This document shows positions 55,723-64,000 of a stretch of 64,000 nt of DNA, piece after piece. The position numbers were made by a program, and so were the translations under genes. Position 1 is the stretch's first letter; each line of letters starts with the position of its first letter. The stretch covers positions 14,948 to 78,947 of the forward strand of contig CALKEB010000001.1 of the NCBI GenBank assembly GCA_938084845.1, given 5' to 3'. The notes under the pieces were generated by a model. That model did no database searches. It had not been told where the DNA came from and worked only from the letters and a program-made list of their open reading frames with translations. Origin of the DNA: an uncultured Polaribacter sp. GTDB taxonomy: Bacteria > Bacteroidota > Bacteroidia > Flavobacteriales > Flavobacteriaceae.

Positions 55723-56487
55723 CTATACATTCTTTTTTAAGAGTTCTTGTGCTAAATTTAAGTAATTTATAGCACCTTTACTAGTGGCATCGTAAGCAAT
55801 AATACTTTCTCCGTAACTAGGCGCTTCTCCTAAACGTGTATTTCTTCTAATAATTGTATTAAAAACCATTGTAGAAAAATGTTTTCTTACTTCGTCTACC
55901 ACCTGATTAGAAAGACGTAAACGTGAATCAAACATGGTTAGTAATAGTCCTTCGATATCTAAATTCTCATTATGGATTTTCTGAACACTTTTTATAGTAT
56001 TTAGCAATTTCCCTAAACCTTCTAGGGCAAAATATTCACATTGTATTGGAATAATTACAGAATTGGCCGCAACAAGAGCGTTTAATGTGATAAGTCCTAA
56101 TGAAGGGGCGCAGTCTATAATAATATAATCATATAAATCCTTAATTTCTTCTAAAGATTTTTTAAGCATATATTCTCGCTCTTCTTTGTCTACCAATTCT
56201 ATTTCAATAGCCACTAAATCTATATGCGCAGGTATAATATCAACATTTGGAGAGTTTGTTTTAATAATAGCTTCTGTAGCAGAAATTGTATGCTCTAATA
56301 CCTGGTAGGTTCCAAACTCTAAAGTTTCTACATCAACCCCTAGTCCAGAAGACGCATTTGCCTGTGGATCTGCATCTATCAATAACACTTTTTTTTCCAA
56401 GACACCTAAAGAAGCTGCAAGATTTACACTTGTAGTGGTTTTACCTACTCCTCCTTTTTGATTTGCTATGGCTATTATTTTTCCCAT
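55723..56487 (-). CDS. parA: chromosome partitioning ATPase ParA/Soj
   Basis: NQKGGVGKTT, DADPQAN, DCAPSLG, EAPSYG. Confidence 0.96.
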   Translation of the reverse strand: MGKIIAIANQKGGVGKTTTSVNLAASLGVLEKKVLLIDADPQANASSGLGVDVETLEFGTYQVLEHTISATEAIIKTNSPNVDIIPAHIDLVAIEIELVDKEEREYMLKKSLEEIKDLYDYIIIDCAPSLGLITLNALVAANSVIIPIQCEYFALEGLGKLLNTIKSVQKIHNENLDIEGLLLTMFDSRLRLSNQVVDEVRKHFSTMVFNTIIRRNTRLGEAPSYGESIIAYDATSKGAINYLNLAQELLKKNV

Positions 56488-56649
56488 GTAAAGCTTTTAT
56501 TACTCAGTAGTAAAATTACATTTTTTTCTGTTTTATTTAATTGAAAGATGTTAACAATCCTTTAAAATAGTAGTTCTTTGTAAATTAGTTTGTTAAAATG
56601 ATTTTAAGCTGTTTTTTAACAAATTAAGCTGTTCTTAATATCGATAGTC

Positions 56650-58125
56650 TTAAAATTGGGTATCCTCTTTTTTAGGAATGTTTTTTAGAACTTCTAATAA
56701 TAATTTCCAAAACTTTTGTGTTGATGATATTTGTGCTCGCTCATCAGGAGAGTGAGCTCCTTTAATGTTTGGGCCAAAAGAAATCATTTCCATATTAGGG
56801 TAATTTTGCCCTAAGATACCACATTCTAAACCTGCATGACAAGCAGCTACATTTGGTTTTTCTTTAAAAAGCGAAACATAGGTGTTTTCTACAACTTGTA
56901 ATATAGAGGAATTCTTATTGGGCAACCATCCTGGGTAAGTTCCTGAAAACAGTACGTTAAAATTAGCCAATTCAAAGCCAGATTTGATTGCATTTGCTAG
57001 GTCCCACTTATTGCTTTCAGAAGAAGATCTTGTTAAACAGAGTAGTTGAATATTACCATTGTCTGCCGCTACTTTTGCTATGTTATTAGAGGTTTCTACC
57101 AACCCTTCTACATCTGGACTCATTCTATACACTCCATTTAACGTAGTGTAAATAGCTTTAATCAACTTCTCTTGAGCATCAATATCCATTACTTTAGTTG
57201 GAGAATCGGTCGCTTTAATTTCAATATTTAACTCTTTTTCTAAAGAGGCATATTCATTTTTAATATTTTCTATAAGCGACTTGGTGTTTGATAAAAAGCT
57301 ATTTTTTGACTCTTTATCAACAACTATTGTTGCAAAACTTTCCCTAGGAATTGCATTGCGTAAACCACCGCCGTTTAATTTGGTAATTCGCAAACTATAG
57401 TTTGTAAAACCGTCAAATAACAAGCGATTCATTATTTTGTTAGCATTACCCAAACCTTTTATAATATCCATTCCAGAGTGTCCTCCTTGTAATCCATTTA
57501 CAGTGATGTTAAAAGCTGTTGTATTTTTTGGTAAAGGATCTTGTATATATTTCTTTGTGGCTGTAATGTCTATACCACCTGCACAACCAATTCCAATTTC
57601 GTCGTCTTCTTCGGTATCTAGATTTAGTAAAATTTCTCCTTTTAAAACATTAGGTTGTAATCCCATAGCACCAGTCATGCCAGTTTCTTCATCTATAGTA
57701 AAAAGAGCTTCTATAGCAGGATGTTCAATAGTTGTAGACGATAAAACAGCCATTATTGCAGCAACTCCTAAACCATTATCTGCTCCTAAAGTTGTGCCTT
57801 TAGCTTTTACCCAGTCACCATCTACAAACATGTTGATTCCTTCTTTTTCAAAGTCGAATGTTGTCTCTGCGTTTTTTTGATGAACCATGTCCAAGTGTCC
57901 TTGCATAACAATGGTTTTTCTATCTTCCATTCCAGGTGAAGCTGGTTTTTTTATAATCACATTACCAACCTTGTCTACAGAAGTGTCAAGTTGTAACCGT
58001 GAGCCAAAATCAACCATAAACTGAATGATTTTCTCTTCTTTTTTTGAAGGTCTAGGAACAGCATTTAAATCTGAAAAATGATTCCAAACAGTTTTTGGGG
58101 CTATATTTCTAATCTCTTTAGTCAT
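56650..58125 (-). CDS. pepD: aminoacyl-histidine dipeptidase
   Basis: QGHLDMV, LGADNG, DEETG, NLDTE, HAGLECG, HSPDE. Confidence 0.94.
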   Translation of the reverse strand: MTKEIRNIAPKTVWNHFSDLNAVPRPSKKEEKIIQFMVDFGSRLQLDTSVDKVGNVIIKKPASPGMEDRKTIVMQGHLDMVHQKNAETTFDFEKEGINMFVDGDWVKAKGTTLGADNGLGVAAIMAVLSSTTIEHPAIEALFTIDEETGMTGAMGLQPNVLKGEILLNLDTEEDDEIGIGCAGGIDITATKKYIQDPLPKNTTAFNITVNGLQGGHSGMDIIKGLGNANKIMNRLLFDGFTNYSLRITKLNGGGLRNAIPRESFATIVVDKESKNSFLSNTKSLIENIKNEYASLEKELNIEIKATDSPTKVMDIDAQEKLIKAIYTTLNGVYRMSPDVEGLVETSNNIAKVAADNGNIQLLCLTRSSSESNKWDLANAIKSGFELANFNVLFSGTYPGWLPNKNSSILQVVENTYVSLFKEKPNVAACHAGLECGILGQNYPNMEMISFGPNIKGAHSPDERAQISSTQKFWKLLLEVLKNIPKKEDTQF

Positions 58126-58175
58126 CGTTTTACGAATACAGTTTTATACCTACAAAAATACGATTTTTAAGGGCT

Positions 58176-58206
58176 AAAAAAAAAGCCTTCTCAAAAGAAG
58201 GCTTTT
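58176..58206 (-). terminator. intrinsic terminator
   Basis: A-run-GCCTTCT-CAAA-AGAAGGC-TTTT. Confidence 0.8.
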
Positions 58207-58224
58207 CAATGAATTTTTTTTTAT

Positions 58225-58857
58225 CTAATCAAAATTGATAATACTATCTTTTATGTTTTTTCGCACTTTTTTTAAATCTTTCATATAGTCGTCATTTGCT
58301 CTATATCCTACAGGTAGTGCAAGAACAGCTGTTAGGTTTTTATTTGCTAAACCTAATACTTCATCATATTTTTTTGGAATAAATCCTTCCATAGGGCAAG
58401 CATCGATCTTTTCGATTGCACAAACGGTTAACAGGTTTCCTAAAGCAAGATATGCCTGGTTTTTAGACCATTTTAATAATTCTTCTTGAGGTTTTTTATC
58501 AATTTCAGCAGTTAAAAAATTTTTAAAAGGCTGTAAAATACGGTCCTCTGTTTTTCTAGTTTTTTGTACCAAATCAAAATATTTATGTACTTCCTCTGTG
58601 TGATATTCTTTTGGAATACAAATAACTAACAAATGAGAAGCGTCTACAACTTGGGCCTGATTGTACGAATGTGCTAATAGTTCTTTTTGAATTTTTTTGT
58701 TTTTAATGACCGCTAACGTTATGGGTTGTAAGCCGTAAGAAGTGGCAGTTAAATTAAATGCTTCTTTAAGGGTGTTGATTTGAGTATTGTCAAGAAATTT
58801 ATCAGAGTTAAATTTCTTAACTGCATATCTCCATTGTAAACTCTCTATTGTATTCAT
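58225..58857 (-). CDS. nitroreductase (NfsB-like)
   Basis: WRYAVKKF, TSYGLQP, DACPMEGF, VGYR. Confidence 0.9.
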   Translation of the reverse strand: MNTIESLQWRYAVKKFNSDKFLDNTQINTLKEAFNLTATSYGLQPITLAVIKNKKIQKELLAHSYNQAQVVDASHLLVICIPKEYHTEEVHKYFDLVQKTRKTEDRILQPFKNFLTAEIDKKPQEELLKWSKNQAYLALGNLLTVCAIEKIDACPMEGFIPKKYDEVLGLANKNLTAVLALPVGYRANDDYMKDLKKVRKNIKDSIINFD

Positions 58858-58966
58858 TTTTATATTTTAGTTGCAAAAGTAAAAGATAAAGTCCAACAAG
58901 TTTTGTCTTAATGATTATTTAAATTTATATGCTTATAAATTTTTTTGTACATTGAAACAAAAATGT

Positions 58967-60238
58967 ATGAAAGAGGAGTTCCTATACTATGTATGGCAAT
59001 ACAAATTATTTTCTACAAATCAATTAGTTACCACTAATGGTAATGGAATACAAATTCAAAAAACAGGAGTCTTAAATAAAAATGAAGGACCAGATTTTTT
59101 AAATGCTCAGTTAATTATTGATGATCAGTTGTGGGCAGGTAATGTAGAAATGCATGTAAAATCTTCAGATTGGTATATGCACAAACATGAGCAGGATAGT
59201 AATTATGATGCTGTAATTTTACATGTTGTTTGGGAGCATGATACTGTTATTTATATGGCTAATAATTGCCCATTGCCAACACTTGTTTTAAAAGATGTGG
59301 TGCGAAAAGAAGTTGTACTAAATTACCATCAATTTAATTTTAAAAATAGCCAGTGGATACCTTGTGAAAAGCAAATTAATTCTATAGATTCTTTTTTGCT
59401 AAAAAATTGGTTGGAACGTTTGTATATAGAACGTTTAGAGCAAAAATCTATTCTAATAGATACTTTGCTAAAAGAATCTAATAACAATTATGAGGCAGTT
59501 TTATTTCAGTTAATTGCTAAAAACTTTGGATTAAAGGTGAATGGGAATGCATTTTTAGACCTCGCAAAATCAATTGATTATACAATTTTTAGAAAAGTAG
59601 CAACTCGTGAAAATTCATTAATGGCATTGCTTTTTGGTATGGCAGGTTTTTTAGATGAAAATATAGAGAATCCTTATTTTTTTAAATTACAGGAGGAATT
59701 TAGATACCTAAAACATAAATACAACCTTAAATCACTCTCTAAAAATAATTTTCTATTTTTTAGAATGAGGCCCACTAATTTTCCAACAATACGAATTGCA
59801 CAATTAGTGACATTATTTTCTTTACATCAACATTTATTTTCCAAGCTGCTAAAATTAAATACCAAAGTAGATGTTTATTCACTTCTTAATTTTAGCGTTG
59901 ATGATTTCTGGCAAGAACATTATACATTTGAAACTACCTCAAAAAAATCTCCTAAAAAACTTACAAAATCCTTCATAGATTTACTTTTGATAAATAGTAT
60001 TTTACCACTAAAGTTTGTGTATTTAAGAAATACTGGAGCCAAGAACAAGCAATCAATAATTAGCTTAATTGAACAAGTAGCCGCAGAGAAAAACACAATT
60101 ATTACACGTTTTGCTGAATTAAAAATTCCAGCGAATAACGCTATGGAAAGTCAGGCATTACTTACATTAAAAAATAACTATTGCACAGAAAAACGTTGTT
60201 TAGACTGTGCAATAGGAAATAGAATAATAAGAACTTGA
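58967..60238 (+). CDS. DUF2851-family protein
   Basis: MKEEFLYYVW, GPDF, GNVEMH, ILHVV, RPTNFPTIR, CLDCAIG. Confidence 0.85.
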   Translation: MKEEFLYYVWQYKLFSTNQLVTTNGNGIQIQKTGVLNKNEGPDFLNAQLIIDDQLWAGNVEMHVKSSDWYMHKHEQDSNYDAVILHVVWEHDTVIYMANNCPLPTLVLKDVVRKEVVLNYHQFNFKNSQWIPCEKQINSIDSFLLKNWLERLYIERLEQKSILIDTLLKESNNNYEAVLFQLIAKNFGLKVNGNAFLDLAKSIDYTIFRKVATRENSLMALLFGMAGFLDENIENPYFFKLQEEFRYLKHKYNLKSLSKNNFLFFRMRPTNFPTIRIAQLVTLFSLHQHLFSKLLKLNTKVDVYSLLNFSVDDFWQEHYTFETTSKKSPKKLTKSFIDLLLINSILPLKFVYLRNTGAKNKQSIISLIEQVAAEKNTIITRFAELKIPANNAMESQALLTLKNNYCTEKRCLDCAIGNRIIRT

Positions 60239-60241
60239 CTT

Positions 60242-62665
60242 TTACTTAGGATTTAGCACTTCTTTAATTTTTGCAATACAATCATTATAATGGTATTTTG
60301 TAATGCGATTAATTCTTCTGTTTTTTGCAATAGTAAGTGCAAAATTTAAAGCTTCTAATTCTCCTCTAAGAATAGCATTAATATCTGCATGCTTTGTTCC
60401 TTTTGCATTGATAATTGTAGCCATTCTATTAATGAAGGTTTTTTGTAAATTACGTCTAAATACCCCTACATTTCTGGTATAATTTGCTTCTTTAAAAATT
60501 CCTTTTCTTAAATCTCTAACCATATCTATAACGCTGTAATTAGAGGGGGTTAAAACAGTAGCATCTATCATTCTTTCTAGTTTAGAGGTGTTTAACAAAC
60601 TATTAAGTTGTCTACTTTGCAAGCGTAACATTCTGTTGGTATAACCACTTTCATTTATATTGGCTAAAATAGTATCATTCAACAACCAATTTTGAGTTTT
60701 AAACGCATTTTCTTGTAGCCAATCCATAGCTTCTTTTTGTTTTTCTTTTGCTACTGGTTGGTATATTAATCCCTTTTGAGATGGTTTTTTATTGTATTCA
60801 TAAATACCTCCAATATTTCCTGAAACATGCCCAACATATCTACTCCAAACACTTAATAATTCTCCATATAATTCTGACAAATCTTCGTAATTATTAGTTT
60901 GATCTGACGTCCATTTTGGTAAATTTTTTGCTACTATTTTTAAGTTTTTTATACCATACGTAGACGCTTTTACTTGATCGTTTCCAATACCTTCAGTTTG
61001 TGCTGATGGATCAAAACGCTGACCTCCAAATCTGTAGATTGGATTACCGGCCTTCTCTTCAATCCATTTATCTAGTGTTTTTACCTCTTCTACTGGCGTT
61101 TTTGCTTTAGGGATTTTTCTGTACCCCCAATTAATTGCGTAATGATCATAAGCTCCTAACTGACGTATAAATCGAATATTTTTATCACCAGGCTGAGCAA
61201 TATAATTGTACCGCGCATAATCCATTATTGTGGCTGCAATTCCCATTTTTTGCGTAAAACTTCCAGAGCGCAAAGAGTCTACAGGATACGCATAACTTGC
61301 TGCCATATTGTGAGGTAACCCTAAAGCATGCCCAACTTCGTGAGAAATTACCATACGCATCATTTCGCCAATTTCTTCTGCAGGTGTATCTAAGGTTCTT
61401 GCTGATGGGTTTGCAGCACCAGTTTCTAACAAATACCTATTTCTGTAAGAACGCAAGTGATTGTGGTACCATATAATATCACTTTCTAAAATTTCTCCTG
61501 TTCTTGGGTCAGACACACTAGGACCTGTAGCATTTCTTGTTGTACTGGCTACATATCTGATAGAAGAATACCTTACATCTTCCATGCTAAATTCTGGATC
61601 TTCTTCTTTTGTTGGCGGATATTTTGCCATAATTGCATTTTTAAAACCAGCAGTTTCAAATACTTTAGCCCAATCGTCAACTCCTTGCTTGATGTATTTT
61701 CTAAGTTTTTCTGGAGTCCCAGGGTCTAAATAGTACACAATTGGTTTTATAGGTTCTACCAACTCTCCACGATGATACGCATCAATATCTTTAGGTTCCA
61801 ATCGCCATCTTCTAATGTATCTTTTTGCGTCTGCTTTTAAAGCTTCTGAACTATAGTCTACATTTCCAATTGAAAAATAGCCAACCCTCTTATCGTAAAT
61901 TCTTGGCATCATTTTATTTTCAGGTAATGCAATCATAGATTGATTTACGCGAATGGTGATTGTATTGGTATTTGAATTGCTTGGTGGTGCTGCAGCATCA
62001 TAAGTGAAGTCTTGAACTACTTCAATATTTTCTGGGTAACTTTTAATAGAGTTGATAAAACTTCTAGATGCATCTAACCTTCTTACCTTATAAGTGCTTC
62101 TGTATCTTTCTGGAAGTGCAGAAATGGCTTTAATATCTGAAGTAAAAAACTTAGTTACGTCTATTAAAACTGCAGTTGAGTCAGTATTTTGAGTTTTTAT
62201 ATCAAAAGCATATATGATCGGTTCTAAGTTGTTGGCTTTTACAGATTTGTAAATTGGTAAAGAGTCATTTGCAACAGCATTGTAAGACTTTACTTTTAAT
62301 AAAATCTTATCTTGAAACTCTTCCCAAACAACTACTTGCGTGTTGATTTTAGAACCTGCATTTACATAGCCACCTCCTAAATTTGCAGGAATGTCTTTGA
62401 TTCTAGTTACCAATAATAGCTCTTTTCCAAAATGCGTTTTTGGAATTTCATACATGAATTTATTGTCTGTGTGATGAACTTTAAATAACCCTTCATAAGA
62501 CTTTGTTTTCGAAGTTACAAAATCTGAATATTTAGGTGTTTTATTTTTTTTAGGTTTAGGAATAGTCTGTTCCGTATTCTTTTTCTTAGATCTTTTTCTT
62601 TGTGCATCTATTTCTTTTGGAAATAAAAAGGCTAAAAGCACAAAAAGTAGGGATAGTTTTTTCAT
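60242..62665 (-). CDS. secreted zinc metalloprotease (EcxA-like / DUF4953-5117-5118 architecture)
   Basis: HEVGHALGLPHN, TIMDY Met-turn, DPRTGEI. Confidence 0.88.
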   Translation of the reverse strand: MKKLSLLFVLLAFLFPKEIDAQRKRSKKKNTEQTIPKPKKNKTPKYSDFVTSKTKSYEGLFKVHHTDNKFMYEIPKTHFGKELLLVTRIKDIPANLGGGYVNAGSKINTQVVVWEEFQDKILLKVKSYNAVANDSLPIYKSVKANNLEPIIYAFDIKTQNTDSTAVLIDVTKFFTSDIKAISALPERYRSTYKVRRLDASRSFINSIKSYPENIEVVQDFTYDAAAPPSNSNTNTITIRVNQSMIALPENKMMPRIYDKRVGYFSIGNVDYSSEALKADAKRYIRRWRLEPKDIDAYHRGELVEPIKPIVYYLDPGTPEKLRKYIKQGVDDWAKVFETAGFKNAIMAKYPPTKEEDPEFSMEDVRYSSIRYVASTTRNATGPSVSDPRTGEILESDIIWYHNHLRSYRNRYLLETGAANPSARTLDTPAEEIGEMMRMVISHEVGHALGLPHNMAASYAYPVDSLRSGSFTQKMGIAATIMDYARYNYIAQPGDKNIRFIRQLGAYDHYAINWGYRKIPKAKTPVEEVKTLDKWIEEKAGNPIYRFGGQRFDPSAQTEGIGNDQVKASTYGIKNLKIVAKNLPKWTSDQTNNYEDLSELYGELLSVWSRYVGHVSGNIGGIYEYNKKPSQKGLIYQPVAKEKQKEAMDWLQENAFKTQNWLLNDTILANINESGYTNRMLRLQSRQLNSLLNTSKLERMIDATVLTPSNYSVIDMVRDLRKGIFKEANYTRNVGVFRRNLQKTFINRMATIINAKGTKHADINAILRGELEALNFALTIAKNRRINRITKYHYNDCIAKIKEVLNPK

Positions 62666-62736
62666 GAAAATTAAGTTTGAATTTTGAGTTCCCTAAAATA
62701 AGAAAAACTCAATCGATATAAAATAGCGTTTTGTTA

Positions 62737-62776
62737 AAATAAAAATCCCAATCATTTTTGATTGGGATTTTTATTT
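62737..62776 (-). terminator. intrinsic terminator
   Basis: AAATAAAAATCCCAATCA..TGATTGGGATTTTTATTT. Confidence 0.85.
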
Positions 62777-62780
62777 ATTT

Positions 62781-64000
62781 CTAGTAGAGACTTTTAAATC
62801 TTTCAGGATTAAATTCATTCATAATCCCATATACTTTCTCAAATACATCTTCAGATGATGGCTTAGAAAAATAATCGCCATCGGAACCATAAGCAGGTCT
62901 GTGTGCTTTTGCAGATAATGTTGATGGTTTGCTATCTAAATATTGATATCCGTTTTGAGTTTCTAAAATTTCCTGTAAAATGTAAGCAGAAGCTCCTCCA
63001 GGAACATCCTCATCAACAACCAATAATTTATTGGTTTTTGCTAAACTTTTTACACAATCATGGTCTAAATCAAAAGGCAATAAACTTTGAGCATCAATAA
63101 TTTCTATATTGATACCTACTTGTGCTAAATCTTTGGCAGCATCTTCTACAATTCTTAAGGTAGATCCATAAGAAACAATAGTAATGTCTGTACCTTCTTT
63201 AATGGTTTCTACAACACCTATTTTAGTTTTGAATTCGCCTAAATTTGTAGGCAATTCCTCTTTTAGACGATAGCCGTTTAAACATTCAATTACCAATGCA
63301 GGATCATCACCTTCTAGTAGGGTATTGTAAAAACCTGCAGCTTTAGTCATGTTTCTAGGAACTAAAACATGAATTCCTCTTAAACTATTAATTATTGCTC
63401 CCATAGGTGAGCCTGCATGCCAAATACCTTCTAATCGGTGTCCTCTTGTTCTTATGATTAATGGTGCTTTTTGCTTACCAAACGTTCTGTAACGTAAAGT
63501 TGCCAAATCATCACTCATAATTTGAAGCGCATACAATAAATAGTCTAAATATTGAATTTCTGCAATGGGCCTTAACCCTCTCATGGCTAAACCAATTCCT
63601 TGGCCTAAAATAGTTGCTTCTCTAATACCAGTATCTGAAATTCTGATGTCCCCGTATTTTTCCTGTAGCCCTTCTAAACCTTGATTTACATCACCAATAA
63701 AACCTGCATCTTCTCCAAAAATCAATACGTCTTTGTGTTTGGTTAAAATAGCATCAAAATTATTTCTCATGACTATTCTACCATCTACTAAATTTTTTTC
63801 AGGAGCGTACGTAGGTGTTTCTTCTAAAACCTTAATAGCACTTTCTTCAGTTTCACTTGTTAGGTGAGATGAATATTTATCATGTGCTTTTAATAATGCA
63901 TCTTTTATAAATTTCTGCAACTCAGTTTTACCATTAATATTTTCATCTCTAACGTACCATAAGCACTTTCTAGCAGTAGACAAAAAATCTTTTCTAGTAG
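62781..64000 (-). CDS. 2-oxoacid dehydrogenase E1 (fused alpha/beta type), C-terminal part
   Basis: [23 protein letters not shown]-terminal transketolase domain; frame open to window edge. Confidence 0.88.
   Translation of the reverse strand, partial: TRKDFLSTARKCLWYVRDENINGKTELQKFIKDALLKAHDKYSSHLTSETEESAIKVLEETPTYAPEKNLVDGRIVMRNNFDAILTKHKDVLIFGEDAGFIGDVNQGLEGLQEKYGDIRISDTGIREATILGQGIGLAMRGLRPIAEIQYLDYLLYALQIMSDDLATLRYRTFGKQKAPLIIRTRGHRLEGIWHAGSPMGAIINSLRGIHVLVPRNMTKAAGFYNTLLEGDDPALVIECLNGYRLKEELPTNLGEFKTKIGVVETIKEGTDITIVSYGSTLRIVEDAAKDLAQVGINIEIIDAQSLLPFDLDHDCVKSLAKTNKLLVVDEDVPGGASAYILQEILETQNGYQYLDSKPSTLSAKAHRPAYGSDGDYFSKPSSEDVFEKVYGIMNEFNPERFKSLY

Noticed and set aside
1-64000. CRISPR arrays, rRNA, intact transposases, prophage or defence systems
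   Set aside because: No repeat-spacer arrays or such gene motifs seen by eye

Overview
AT-rich chromosomal window from a marine-type Flavobacteriaceae (Polaribacter/Tenacibaculum-like, judged from gene content and TAnnTTTG promoters). The main accessory feature is a 20-gene, all minus-strand light/UV-response cluster (1419-17046) between udk and tRNA-Pro. It has four different cryptochrome/photolyase-family genes: class I CPD photolyase, CRY-DASH, FeS-type (6-4) photolyase and an atypical member with His at the flavin-N5 position and no proximal Trp. It also has folE, a Tyr-less SDR, a heme-oxygenase-like DUF3050 protein, flavin reductase, glutathione peroxidase, ABC1 kinase, a TetR-like protein and several tiny unknown proteins, including a tandem paralog pair. 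A shared palindrome TGTTTAA-N16-TTAAACA sits at its three promoters (one copy degenerate). An eroded integrase remnant and two frameshifted genes flank the tRNA. The rest is mostly housekeeping: trxB, a MarR-linked beta-oxidation operon, mscS, ahpC/trx, azurin, vanadium haloperoxidase, a GH3-serine hydrolase fusion, a glycosylation locus, lepB-dapB-parAB, pepD and a 2-oxoacid dehydrogenase E1. All family calls come from motif recognition by eye; no database searches were run.
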